Shown: one piece after another, positions 1-11,925 of the stretch
How positions within the stretch are numbered: position 1 is the stretch's first letter
Layout: each line of letters opens with the position of its first letter
Assembly: GCA_001600695.1 (NCBI GenBank)
Contig: BCKQ01000001.1
Span: 2,611,521 to 2,675,520, forward strand
From: Ascoidea asiatica JCM 7603
Lineage: Eukaryota > Fungi > Ascomycota
Length of the DNA: 64,000 bases
Direction: 5' to 3'
The notes under the pieces: model-generated
Database searches by the model: none
The model's input: the letters and a program-made list of their open reading frames with translations, nothing else
What the model was told of the DNA's origin: nothing
Made by a program: the position numbers and the translations under genes

Positions 1-108
1 TTATATATATACAGACTTTATTCTCTTTAAATCTAATGATGTTCTTCATGTGAAAAAATATATATATATATCTCTTTTTCAAATTAAGTTTCACTCAAGA
101 GTATTAAA

Positions 109-1713
109 ATGACTGAAAGTGATAACTACTCTTCAATAGAAAAATATGATCAACAGAAAATAGCTAATGATCTAGTTGATGGTGATCAACTTTCAAAAGT
201 TGTTTCAAAAATTGCACCTAATAATGATTTAGAATCAAATTCATATACTATTCAAGAATCTTCTAATCAAAAAAATGTTAATCAATTATCAAAACCTTTA
301 TCAAGAGTAAATTCAGTAAAAACTGCTCTTGAAAAATATAGTATTTTTGATCCAAAAGTTAATTCTTATTGGTATAAAGTTATTAAAGGCTTTTTAATAA
401 ATTGGGTAATTATGATTTTTTTTATTCTTGGAGTTTTTTCAATTTATTGGGGTTCTATGTTTCAAAAAGAAACAAGATATCAAAATTTAAAATTCTTAAT
501 AGTATCCGAAGAACAAACTTCAAATTTAAATTCAAATTCAAATGATATTGATCCATATTTATCAAATTATATTCAAGATATTTTTCAAAATGATGATTAT
601 TTACAATCTTTAGGTAATTGGAATTATATGAATTATGAAAATTTCACAGATAAATATAATTCAATTCATTCAAATAATTATCAATCAAATTTCAATTTTA
701 AAAATAAAATTAATTCAATAATTCATCAACAAAAATTTTGGGCAACAATTTATATTTCAAAAAATTCAACAAATAATATTTATAATTCTTTTAAATCTTT
801 AAATTCTTCTTTTAATACTAATGATCCAAATAATCCTTTAATTAGTTTTATTTATGAAACAAGTAGAGATCCATTATCAATGAATTCATATATTATACCA
901 ATTTTAAATAAAGTTTCAAATTATATATCTTTAAATTTCTCTACTCAAATTTTTGATCAAATTATTAATAATGATTTAAATTCAACTGAAAAATATAATT
1001 TAATTAATAATGAACCTTCTTTATTAACTAATTTACCAATACCCTTTTTTATTGATAATCTTCCATTAACAGATTCTGTTTTAATGGCTCCATTACAAGT
1101 TGGTTTAATTTTTCAAATTATTATAACTTTTTTTCAATTTAATTTTTTTTCAACAACTCATCAAATTTTTAATAAAAATATAAAAATTAAAGAAAATCAT
1201 TATTTAATTTATAGAATTTTTTCTTCTCATATATCTTATTTTATTTTAGCTTTAGGTTTTTCACTTGTAACTTTATCATTTCAAGTTTCATTTAGTGTAA
1301 CTTTTGGTAAATCTGGATTTTTAGTTTATTGGATGATAACTTATTTAACAATGTCAGCTGTTGGTGGTGCTAATGAAAATATGGCTTTATTTATAATACC
1401 TTTTTTTCCTCCATTACTTGGATTTTGGTTATTATTTTGGGTTATTAGTAATATTGCTCCAACTTTTGCTCCAATGGCTTTAATTCCAAAATTTTTTAGA
1501 TATGGTTATGGATTTCCAATTCATAATTCCGCAGAACTTTCAAAAGTTATTTTCTTAAATGTTTCAAAACATCAAGTTGGTAGAAATATTGGTGTTTTAG
1601 TAGCTTGGGTTATATTAAATACTTTAATTCATCCATTAGCTCTTATTTTTTTTGGTAAAAAAATGGGTAAAAAAATGCAACAAGCAATTAATCTTAAAAA
1701 ACAAAAGAAATAA
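109..1713 (+). CDS. SNG1: SNG1-like (DUF3533) multi-pass membrane protein, nitrosoguanidine-resistance family
   Basis: 534 aa. One N-terminal TM (GVFSIYWGSMF), a large luminal domain, then a C-terminal TM bundle with FGKSGFLVYWM, AVGGANEN and FFRYGYGFPIHN motifs typical of the family. Confidence 0.8.
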   Translation: MTESDNYSSIEKYDQQKIANDLVDGDQLSKVVSKIAPNNDLESNSYTIQESSNQKNVNQLSKPLSRVNSVKTALEKYSIFDPKVNSYWYKVIKGFLINWVIMIFFILGVFSIYWGSMFQKETRYQNLKFLIVSEEQTSNLNSNSNDIDPYLSNYIQDIFQNDDYLQSLGNWNYMNYENFTDKYNSIHSNNYQSNFNFKNKINSIIHQQKFWATIYISKNSTNNIYNSFKSLNSSFNTNDPNNPLISFIYETSRDPLSMNSYIIPILNKVSNYISLNFSTQIFDQIINNDLNSTEKYNLINNEPSLLTNLPIPFFIDNLPLTDSVLMAPLQVGLIFQIIITFFQFNFFSTTHQIFNKNIKIKENHYLIYRIFSSHISYFILALGFSLVTLSFQVSFSVTFGKSGFLVYWMITYLTMSAVGGANENMALFIIPFFPPLLGFWLLFWVISNIAPTFAPMALIPKFFRYGYGFPIHNSAELSKVIFLNVSKHQVGRNIGVLVAWVILNTLIHPLALIFFGKKMGKKMQQAINLKKQKK

Positions 1714-2584
1714 CTTTTTTATTCTTATATACTGTATACATATACATATTCTTTCAATTTTTATTGTTCAACTCCATTTTATTGTTTATATACCTTCATT
1801 GTCCTTTTCCTATTATTGATTGAATCAAATATTATAATATAATAAACACTATAAACATTATAATGAATAATGTAATAAATATTATATCAGAAAAACAGTT
1901 ACCAAATTAGGAAAGAATATACAGGTCAGTCATATTGCCTATATAGGCTTTACATGTTAGTGCAGTATTTAGGTGCAGAATACATACCTATACAAACATA
2001 TAAAAAGCAAGAAAGTGACCGGAACTCCATTTAAAGTAATATAAAATAATATCTGCTCACGTGGCATTTTGGGCTTTAGAATCCAGACCCGCGGGACGAG
2101 TCTGGAGTGATTTGTTTACTCGTAACTGCTCGTATAGAAACTGTAGTGGGAAGCGAACCCGTAAAGGTCTGTCTGATCAACATACAATAATCTGAAGAGT
2201 TGTTTTGGTATTTATTTACCACTATTTACTACTCATTCCATATTTAATTCCTTTATTTACACCAACAACAGCCATTTGTTTCTAATATTGACTTCTTATT
2301 CACTTAATATTTATAATTAATTATATTTATTTTACATTTGATTATATCTCAAATTAATATCAAACTAGAATACATCTTTGGCTAGATCTCCTTTTATTGT
2401 ATTTTCTTTATTTTTTGTCTTAATCAAATTTGATACTTGTTCAAATCTTGTAACTATTTTTTTCAAGCAATCGGCTAGCCATTCATTATCATATGGACTT
2501 GAAAGATTCGAAAATAAAAAAACAAAACAACAAATGAATAAAATAATCTAGTTTCTATTAATCTACTTCAAATTAATTTCTCCA

Positions 2585-4285
2585 ATGCATTTATTTAAAG
2601 ATTTAATTAACAATTTTAGCTTAGAAATGGCTTCTGAATTTTCAATATTTTTAGGTATAATCGTTGGAATAATATCAAATGCAACACAATCTTTAGGTTT
2701 AACACTTCAAAGAAAATCTCATATAATTCAAGAATTAAATTCAGAACCTTTATCAAATGAAACTTTATCTTACAAAACTAATCTCTGGAGAATTGGTTTT
2801 TTATTATTTATAATAGCTAATTTATTTGGATCAAGTATTCAAATTTCAACTTTACCTTTAATTATTTTATCTCCATTACAAGCAACAGGTTTAGTTTTTA
2901 ATTCAATATTGGCTGCAATAATTTTAAAAGAAAAATTCACAAGAAAAACCTTTTTTGGTACAATTTTTGTTAGTTTTGGTGCTTTATTAATAGCTTATTA
3001 TGGTTCTTTACCTCAACCCCAGAGGGACTTATTAGATTTAATAAATTTATTAAAAAGAAAACAATTTATAAATTGGTTTATAACTTCATTTTCAATTGCA
3101 GCATTTATGTTATTTTATACTTATATTGCTAATATTTATATATCAAAATATAAAGATGAATTTGATAATATTAAAAGGGATCAAGCTTTAGTAAATCAAC
3201 TTCATTTAGAACATCAAATTGAAATAAGAAAGAATAAAAATAAATATTTCAATAGAAATCAAAGTCCAAGTACAATTTCAACAATATATTCGGAATTTTC
3301 TCCTTTATTACCTCATACTGCAAGAAGATTGAAAAAATACTCTCAATCTTCAACAATTTCTTCAACTTCCAGAGTTTCTTCAAATTCAACCTCTTCTCAT
3401 TTTTCCTTATTTAATCATTCCTGCTCTACTCCAAATAATTATGATTATAAAAGTTTTTTTTCAAATTTAACTAAAAAAATTTTAAACTTTATAAAAGAAT
3501 TTATTCAAAACTTAAAACATAATTACAAAGACTTTTTTATTCCATTTAAAAGTTTTTCATTTGTATTATATGAAAAACTTTTATTTTTTCAAGGTATAGT
3601 ATTTGGCTTAATATCAGGGTTATTATCAGCTCATGCTTTATTGTTAGCAAAATCAGCTGTTGAAATTGTTGTCACTTCAATTTTATCTCATAAAATTGAT
3701 GATTTAAAAAATTTTGTTTCTTGGACAATTGTTATAATTTGGTTATTATTTGCTCTGGCTCAACTTTATTATATGAATTTAAGTTTAAAAATTACTTCAA
3801 CAACAATTGTATATCCTTTAACATTTTGTGTTTTTAATGTAATTAATATTTTAAATGGATTAATATATTTTGATCAATTAGAACAATTAAAAAATAAAGA
3901 TGTATTTTGCATATTTATTGGTGTTATTTTAATTGTAATTGGTGTAATAGCTTTAAGTTGGAATTTTAGTGATGAAGATAAACAAGGTTTTCTTGTAATT
4001 GAAGAAGAAAATAATCATGATTTATCAAATGATCACCTTCTGACTCATCGTACAACTACAAATTATAATAATGATCCTTATCTTTCTAAATTAATTGAAG
4101 AAGAAGAAGATTTAGAAGATAGTGATTTTCAATCTTCATCTCATTCAAATCATCATAATCAATCACGATATTCAATACAAACATTAAATAATGTGGATAG
4201 TAAAAATCCTGTTATTAAAACTATGAAAAAGCATTATCTACAAAATCAAAAACCTAAATCATTGACATTACCTTCTCCTTTTTAG
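2585..4285 (+). CDS. NIPA/DUF803-family putative Mg2+ transporter
   Basis: QSLGLTLQRKSH, WRIGFLLFIIAN, ISTLPLIILSPLQ and LSAHALLLAKSAVE motifs. An alternative start is ATG 2627 (MASEF). Confidence 0.75.
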   Translation: MHLFKDLINNFSLEMASEFSIFLGIIVGIISNATQSLGLTLQRKSHIIQELNSEPLSNETLSYKTNLWRIGFLLFIIANLFGSSIQISTLPLIILSPLQATGLVFNSILAAIILKEKFTRKTFFGTIFVSFGALLIAYYGSLPQPQRDLLDLINLLKRKQFINWFITSFSIAAFMLFYTYIANIYISKYKDEFDNIKRDQALVNQLHLEHQIEIRKNKNKYFNRNQSPSTISTIYSEFSPLLPHTARRLKKYSQSSTISSTSRVSSNSTSSHFSLFNHSCSTPNNYDYKSFFSNLTKKILNFIKEFIQNLKHNYKDFFIPFKSFSFVLYEKLLFFQGIVFGLISGLLSAHALLLAKSAVEIVVTSILSHKIDDLKNFVSWTIVIIWLLFALAQLYYMNLSLKITSTTIVYPLTFCVFNVINILNGLIYFDQLEQLKNKDVFCIFIGVILIVIGVIALSWNFSDEDKQGFLVIEEENNHDLSNDHLLTHRTTTNYNNDPYLSKLIEEEEDLEDSDFQSSSHSNHHNQSRYSIQTLNNVDSKNPVIKTMKKHYLQNQKPKSLTLPSPF

Positions 4286-4673
4286 TATTCAAGCTATTTT
4301 TTGGTTTCTTTTTTTTTTTGGTAAAAGAGAATTATTTTGATCACTTTTTACTATCAAAGTGGTTACTTGCATTTTTTTTTATTTTTTCAAGGCTTTAACT
4401 TGTTTTTTTTTATACAATTTAAAATTTGTTATTAAAGGTATTATTTTTGAGATTAATCAACAAAGTTGGATTTAATAAAAAGTGAATCTTAGAGAGTAGT
4501 TGAAAATGTTTTTTTTTTAATTTTTTCTTATAATTGGATATGCATTTATTTTTTTTATAATTTTTTTATTTATAGTTCATTGTATTTTATATTATTTAGA
4601 GATCAAAGATCATTTCAATTTTTTTAGCATATAATTAAAATAATTTTTTATTTAAATTAAAAATTATAAAAGA

Positions 4674-6189
4674 TTATATTTCAAATGTTGCTCTTGCTTT
4701 TAAATGATTTATATAAATTTTTTCAATTCCTAAAAGAGTTGCAACTTCTATTTCATTCCATTTTAAAATCCTTTCATCAACTATATATTCAAGATTTTCA
4801 TCATCTTCTGTATTTGATACATCTTCATTTTTTCTATTATTATAATATTTTATTATTAAAATATAAAAAATTTTATAAAAATCGACAAATTTTAAAGAAG
4901 ATTCTTCAATTATTTGATTTGAAATTATAGGTGAAGAAACTTTTATTAATGTAGAAGATTGAATATCTGTTAAAGCAGAAGGTAAAAAACTTTCAATTGC
5001 ATTTCCAATAGAACATAATGAATCAATTGAAAAATTTTTATCATTTTCAATTGAATTATATATATCTAAAACTTTAAAGAATTTTTCAGGAGTATTAGCA
5101 ATCATTGAAGCATTTTCTTCAAGAATTGTATCATATGGATAAATATTATTAATGAAATCAAAAAAATGAGATAATTTTGAACCAGAAAGAAGTAAATTTA
5201 ATTGAAATTTTATAAGCTCATTAATTTTTGAATTTAAAATTAAGTTAAGATTTTGAAATTTATCTGAATTTATAAAAGTAATTGTAAGTAATTTTGATAA
5301 AATAAAATCTATACAATTTATTTCAAAAATTATCATTAAACTTTCTGAATTTTTTTGATTAAAATTATTAGATTTAGATTGTTGATAAACTAAATTTAAA
5401 GGTTTATCAATAATTAATTGTAAAAATTCATTAAATTTTGAATCAGATAAATTCATAAAATTATTTGATGATGAATCAGAAGATTGATTAAAAGATTTAA
5501 AAGTTTTATAAATATCATTATAATAATCCATTAACCATTCAGGAGGTTGTAAATAATCGTCATTTAAATTTTGATTTTGAATTATTGAAGGTATAATTAT
5601 AAGTTTATTTTCAAGAGAATTAAAAATTTTAATTTGAGAAATTTGTTGTAAATTTTGAATTGAATTTAAAAGTATATTTTCAATAATATTTAAAGATAAA
5701 AATTTAGAATTAAATTGTTTTAAATACATTAATTTATAAAGATCTAATAAATTAAAAATATTTTGAATATTTTTTAATTTATTTTCCATTATAATAATTT
5801 TTTCAACTTTAATTTGTAAAGGTTTTGATAAAACATTTAAAATTTTTATTAATAAATATTCTTTTAAATTATTTAATTGATTTTTAGATATATTTGAAGT
5901 TGAATCATTAATAAAAATTGAATCTTCAATTTTTAAAGATTGATCTAAATTTTTTTTTAAATTTATTGGATTACCATTTGAATTAAAAGAATAATCAGAT
6001 TCAAAATCATAATTTTTAGAAAGATCAAGTAAATTATTTATTAATTCTTTTTCATTAACAATTAAAGAATGTATATAAGCTAAAATATCACCAATATATC
6101 TTATTGGATCATAAGCGGATAATAATATTGGTTTTGAGAATGAATCTTTTGAATTTCTTGAGAATATACTTGAATTATCATTATTGTTG

Positions 6190-6224
<35 letters not shown>

Positions 6225-6879
6225 ATTATTATCTAGGATTAAAGTATTATCTAATTGATTTAAGAAATCTTTTAATAAGAATTTAGCTCTAACTTCAATA
6301 ATTTTATTTGATAAATTTTTTATATAAATATTATTATTAATTAAATTTAATATATTATCTGAATCATTATTTGAAGTGGTAGTAGTAGTAGTAGTGGTGA
6401 GTAAATTTAAATTTAAGAAATTATTTGAATTTAAGATAATTTTTATTGAATTTTTTAAAATTTTATAATAAATTTTATTAATATTATTAAAATTATTTAA
6501 ATTAAAAATAATGAAATTAAAAATTTTATTTAAAGAAATATCAATTAATAATTTCATTTTATTCATTATATTTTTACCAATTTTTTGATTATTCATTGAG
6601 AGTAAAAGATAAGAATTTTTATAAATTTTTTTAATTTTATTAAAAATTTTAAAAAATTCAATTAAAGATTGAATATCAATATCATTTTCATTTTTATTTT
6701 TATTTTGATTTTGATTTTGATTTTGATTATTATTAATTGATAAGTTAAAATTTTTAATAATATATTCATCATATTCATTAATTTGAAATTCATTTTTAAA
6801 AGAAATAAGTAAATTTTTTTTAATTAAAAGATTATTTTTTTTTTTTTGTAAAATATTAATTTGATTTAAATTTAAATAA

Positions 6880-6911
<32 letters not shown>

Positions 6912-7856
6912 TGAAGATATTGAATTATTAAAATTATTTACATTTGAAATTAAATTATTTTTATTTAAATTTAAAATATTTAAATTTTTTTTTAAAATTA
7001 ATAAATTATTAATTAATGGATTAAATTTTGAAATTAATAAATTATTTTGAATTAATAATTGATTTTGAATATTAAATTTAAGTGATTTTCTTTTTAAAGA
7101 ACCTAAATAACCAGGTTGAATTAATTGATTATAATATTCATTTATATTTTCATTATTATTTGAGATAAAATAATTATTAAATTGTAAAATTTTTAAAGAA
7201 TTTTTAATTTGTAAATCAATTGAAGAATTATATGAAGAAGTTAAAGAAGAAGATAAAATTTTAGATAAATGATTTGAGAATATTGTATTTTTTGAATTTA
7301 TTGAAGATTTCTTAATTCCAGAGGAATTAGAAGAAGAAGAAGAAGAAGTATTTAATAAATTATTTATATCATTTACATCATTTATATTATTGGATTTATT
7401 GGAAGTATTAGATAAAATATTTTTATCTTTTGTATTATTTATATTAATTTTATTTGAATTTTGAATTAATAGATTTAAAGAAAGTTTAGCATATTTATTT
7501 GCTAATTGAGATTGTTTAAGATATGAAGAGTTATTATTATCTATAATATTATCTATATCGTTATCGTTATCTAGATCTATATCATTTTCATTGTCATTAT
7601 TATTGTCATTATTATTGTCATTATTATTATTATTATTATTATTATCATTGTGATTATGATCCTGATTAGTATTTGAATATATATTTTTTTGTAGATTAGA
7701 AAGAATAGAAAGTCCTCCAGATAAACTCTTTTTGAAATTGAAATCATCAGGAATATTCAAAGGCAAAGACAATGGAACTGCAGGCAAAGCAACATCTTGT
7801 CCAGTTGAAGATAAACCATTTTCAGCAGTGTCTTCATAATCATAATAAAAGTCCAT
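4674..7856 (-). CDS. COG6: Conserved oligomeric Golgi complex subunit 6, with large Asn-rich insertions
   Basis: KPILLSAYDPIRYIGDILAYIHSLIVNEKE and LQPPEWL motifs. The start is moved to the first ATG (MDFYYD). Confidence 0.85.
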
Positions 7857-7981
7857 GGTTTTTTCAGTCAATTGAAGATAGATTTGAATCAGATTAGACC
7901 TTCTTTGGGTGGCAAAACAGAACTGAAATAGATATATCAATACTGGCAGTGACTAGTATATGGAAGGTGTTCGTGCTGCTG

Positions 7982-8020
7982 CTGTTTCTCCTGTTCCTGT
8001 TTCTCCTGTTCCTGTTTCTT
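7982..8020. repeat. 15-bp tandem repeat (CTGTTTCTCCTGTTC), about 2.5 copies
   Basis: Read directly from the sequence. Confidence 0.8.
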
Positions 8021-8077
8021 CTTGAGCTGTTCAGATCCGACAGCCTCGCGGGATTACGTAATCGTGTTTGGGGTATG

Positions 8078-8110
8078 GCTGTCAGGTGACTGTTGATGTC
8101 ACCTGACAGC
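8078..8110. repeat. Perfect 13-bp inverted repeat with 7-nt spacer
   Basis: GCTGTCAGGTGAC-TGTTGAT-GTCACCTGACAGC. Confidence 0.9.
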
Positions 8111-8441
8111 ACTACTACTTTTTAACCGCGTTGGAGTTTTACGCGTTTCACTCATAAATAAATAAAATAATGCTTAACGTTAATATTTGAAGATATACTG
8201 AATAATAATACTATTAATAATAATAGATATTAGATAAAAGATAAAAGATAATAGATAATAAACAATAAACAATAAACAAGAAAGTAATTCAATTGATACA
8301 AAAAAAGAGAAATATATTCAATATATCAATTAGAATTGGATAAGATTGGTATCCTTTATTGTTTCGTTATTGAGGTTGGGTTCAATTAGTCATCCTAATC
8401 ATTTACTTGTATTTTATTTACCTACATCTACATATATCATC

Positions 8442-11400
8442 ATGGCTTCTACTAATACTTCAATTTATATTGATCCAAAATTATTTGAAGAAAGACTTTT
8501 ATTATTACAAAAAAATTTACAAGATTCAAATATTTTTCCAAATATAAAATGTATTTTAATTATTGTTGGAAATTCTGATATTGAAAGTAATCCATATCAA
8601 AAATCTTTAATTTTACAAACTTGGTTATTTGGTTATGAATTTCCATCAACTGCAATTTTAATAACTGAAAAAAATTGTATAATTTTAACTTCAAATTCAA
8701 AAGCAAAATATTTAAATCATTTAATTCAAATAAATTCTTTAAAAGATAATTTAAAAATTTGGTCAAGAAATAAAGATTTAAATCATAATAAATTATTATT
8801 TAATAATTTAATTGATAATTTAATTAATATTGATCCAAAAAATAAAAATATTGGAATTCCATTAAAAGATAAATTTTCAAATAAATTTATTAATGAATGG
8901 AATAATATTTTTAATGAAAGAAATAAATTAATAAATTTTAATAAAATTGAAATTTCAACAAGTTTATCAAAAACTTTTGAATTAAAATCAATTGATGAAT
9001 TAAATTATTTGAAAATTGCTTCAAAATCTTCTGATATTTTAATTAAATTTTTTACTGATCAAATGATGAAAATTGTTGATGATGAAATTAAAATTTCTCA
9101 TTCAAAATTATCTGAAAAAATTGAAAATAAATTAGATGATCAAAAATTTTTTATTTTACAAAAAAAAAAAATTTTTGATCCATTAAATTTAAATTTTGAT
9201 TATAATAATATTGATTGGTGTTATTCTCCAATAATTCAATCAAATGGTGATTACGATTTACGTCCTTCTGGAATTTCAAATGATAAATTTTTAGCTTCTG
9301 AAGGTATAATTATTTGTTCTTTAGGTATTCGTTATAAATCTTATTGTTCAAATATTGCAAGAACTTTCTTAATTGATCCAACAAAACAAATGGAAATTAA
9401 TTATCAATTTATGTTAAATGTTCAAAAAAAAATTTTATCGGAATTTAAAATTGGTATAAAATCAAATCAAATTTATAATAATACTTTAGAATTTATAAAA
9501 ACTGAAAGACCTGATTTAATTAATAATTTTTTAAAAAATTGTGGTTGGTTATCTGGTTTAGATTTTAAAGATTCAACTTTTATTTTAAATTCAAAAAATG
9601 AAAGAATTATTAATAATAATTCAATTTTTTTTATTGTTACTGGTTTTCAAAATATTTTAAATGAAGATGATTTAAAACTTAAATCAAAAAAAAATAATAA
9701 TAATAATAAATATTCTTTATTAATAATTGATACAATTCAAATGACTGAAAATGGTCCAATAATGTTAACTGAATATTCAAAATTAAAAGATGCTGTATTT
9801 TTTTATTTTAAAGATGAAGAAAGTGATAATGATAATATTAAAAATGAATTTGATAAAAATTCTTCTGTTAAAAAAGAAATTTCTGATAAAGATTTAATTA
9901 AAAAAAGTAATAAAAATTCAAATTCAAATTCAAATTCAGATCTAAATTCAAAATCAAATTCAAATTCAAATTCAAATTCAAAATCAAAATCAAAATCAAT
10001 TCCAAAAGTTACAAGAACTACAGAAAATTCAAGAATTCTTAAATCAAAATTAAGAGCAGAAACTAAAAATTATGATGAAGATCAAGAACAAATTCGTAAT
10101 GAAACTCAAAGAAATTTACATGATAAAAGACAAAAAGAAGGTCTTTTAAGATTTTCTGAAAGTGATACAAAAAATCAAGATGAAAAAAAACCAATATTTA
10201 AAAGATATGAATCTTATGTTAGAGAAACTCAAATTCCAACAAATGTACGTGATTTAAGAATTCATATTGATTCAAAATCTCAAACTTTTTTATTACCAAT
10301 TTGTGGTAGACCAGTACCTTTTCATATTAATGCTTATAAAAATAGTTCATTAAATGAAGAAGGTGATTATGTTTATTTAAGATTAAATTTTAATTCACCT
10401 GGTGCAATTGCTGGTAAAAAAAGTAATGAATTACCTTATGAAGAAGGTAATGATAAAAGTTTTGTTAGAAGTATAACTTTAAGATCAAAAGATCATGAAA
10501 GAATGGCAAGAGTTCATAAACAAATTTCAGAATTAAAAAAAGCTGCAGTTAAAAGAGATGCAGAAAGAAAAACAATGGCTGATGTTATTGAACAAGCAAA
10601 TTTAATTGAATTACCAAAAGGTAAAACAAAAACTTTATATTCAGTTTATGTTAGACCTGCACCAGAATCAAAAAGAGTTGCAGGAAATTTACAAATTCAA
10701 CAAAATGGTTTAAGATATTTTTCACCAATACGTCCTCGACAAAAAATTGATTTACTTTTTTCAAATATTAAACATCTTTTTTTTCAACCATGTCAAGATG
10801 AATTAGTTGTTTTAATTCATTGTCATTTAAAAACTCCAATAATGGTTGGTAAAAAAAAGACATTAGATGTTCAATTTTATAGAGAAGCATCAGATATGGC
10901 ATATGATGAAACTGGAGGTAGAAAAAGACGTTATAGATATGGAGATGAAGATGAATTAGAACAAGAACAAGAAGAAAGAAGAAGAAGAGTTTTATTAGAT
11001 AAAGAATTTAAATCATTTGCAGAAAATATTTCAGATGCTGCAAATGGATTAGTTGATTTAGATATACCATTTAAAGATTTAGGATTTAATGGTGTACCAT
11101 TTAGAGCATCAGTATTTTTAATGCCAACAAGAGATTGTCTTGTACAATTATTAGATCCACCATTTTTAGTTGTAACACTTGAAGAAATTGAAATTTGTCA
11201 TTTAGAAAGAGTTCAATTTGGATTAAAAAATTTTGATTTAGTTTTTATTTTTAAAGATTTTTCAAAACCTGTTGTTCATATTAATACAATTCCAATGGAT
11301 GTACTTGAAGATGTTAAAACATGGTTAACAGATGTTGATATACCATATTCAGAAGGTTCAGTTAATCTTAATTGGGTACCAATTATGAAAACAGTTATTG

Positions 11401-11672
11401 CAGATCCTCATCAATTTTTTGTTGATGGTGGATGGGGATTTTTAACAGGATATGGAGATGATGAAGAAAGTAGTGATTCAGATAAAGAAAGTGAATTTGA
11501 AGTTTCAGATGAAGAACCAGAAGATGAAAGTGAAAGTTATAGTGAAGAAAGTGAAGATCAAGAAAGTGATAGTGGTAGTGAAGAAATTAGTTCAAGTGAA
11601 GAAGGTGAAGATTGGGATGAATTAGATAAAAAAGCTGCAAGAGAAGATAATAGAAGAGAACATAAACATTAA
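8442..11672 (+). CDS. SPT16: FACT complex subunit Spt16
   Basis: LGIRYKSYCSNIARTFLIDP, PICGRPVPFHIN, HLERVQFGLKNFD and an acidic tail (EGEDWDEL). First ATG at 8442. Confidence 0.97.
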   Translation: MASTNTSIYIDPKLFEERLLLLQKNLQDSNIFPNIKCILIIVGNSDIESNPYQKSLILQTWLFGYEFPSTAILITEKNCIILTSNSKAKYLNHLIQINSLKDNLKIWSRNKDLNHNKLLFNNLIDNLINIDPKNKNIGIPLKDKFSNKFINEWNNIFNERNKLINFNKIEISTSLSKTFELKSIDELNYLKIASKSSDILIKFFTDQMMKIVDDEIKISHSKLSEKIENKLDDQKFFILQKKKIFDPLNLNFDYNNIDWCYSPIIQSNGDYDLRPSGISNDKFLASEGIIICSLGIRYKSYCSNIARTFLIDPTKQMEINYQFMLNVQKKILSEFKIGIKSNQIYNNTLEFIKTERPDLINNFLKNCGWLSGLDFKDSTFILNSKNERIINNNSIFFIVTGFQNILNEDDLKLKSKKNNNNNKYSLLIIDTIQMTENGPIMLTEYSKLKDAVFFYFKDEESDNDNIKNEFDKNSSVKKEISDKDLIKKSNKNSNSNSNSDLNSKSNSNSNSNSKSKSKSIPKVTRTTENSRILKSKLRAETKNYDEDQEQIRNETQRNLHDKRQKEGLLRFSESDTKNQDEKKPIFKRYESYVRETQIPTNVRDLRIHIDSKSQTFLLPICGRPVPFHINAYKNSSLNEEGDYVYLRLNFNSPGAIAGKKSNELPYEEGNDKSFVRSITLRSKDHERMARVHKQISELKKAAVKRDAERKTMADVIEQANLIELPKGKTKTLYSVYVRPAPESKRVAGNLQIQQNGLRYFSPIRPRQKIDLLFSNIKHLFFQPCQDELVVLIHCHLKTPIMVGKKKTLDVQFYREASDMAYDETGGRKRRYRYGDEDELEQEQEERRRRVLLDKEFKSFAENISDAANGLVDLDIPFKDLGFNGVPFRASVFLMPTRDCLVQLLDPPFLVVTLEEIEICHLERVQFGLKNFDLVFIFKDFSKPVVHINTIPMDVLEDVKTWLTDVDIPYSEGSVNLNWVPIMKTVIADPHQFFVDGGWGFLTGYGDDEESSDSDKESEFEVSDEEPEDESESYSEESEDQESDSGSEEISSSEEGEDWDELDKKAAREDNRREHKH

Positions 11673-11925
11673 AATTGGAATTTGAATTGGAATTAGAATG
11701 ATTATATATATAATATGAATAATATAATATACAATATAATTTTTACAATTTCTAATATAAAATAATATATGAAATACATATGATATATGATATGGATATG
11801 TTATGGAATGAAGTACATTATTTGTAAGATAAATAAATAAATAATTTATGAATAATTAATCTATTAGATATCTAATATATAAGTTAAGTTAAGTTTTTTT
11901 AAGAGAAAGGAAAAAAAGTAAAAAA

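Noticed and set aside
8346-8441. TTG-initiated N-terminal extensions in the ORF track (COG6, SPT16, GLN1, PEX19, VAC14, GH15, CHS1, PhoD-like, CTR86)
   Set aside because: These come from a bacterial-style start table. Homology begins at the first ATG in each case.
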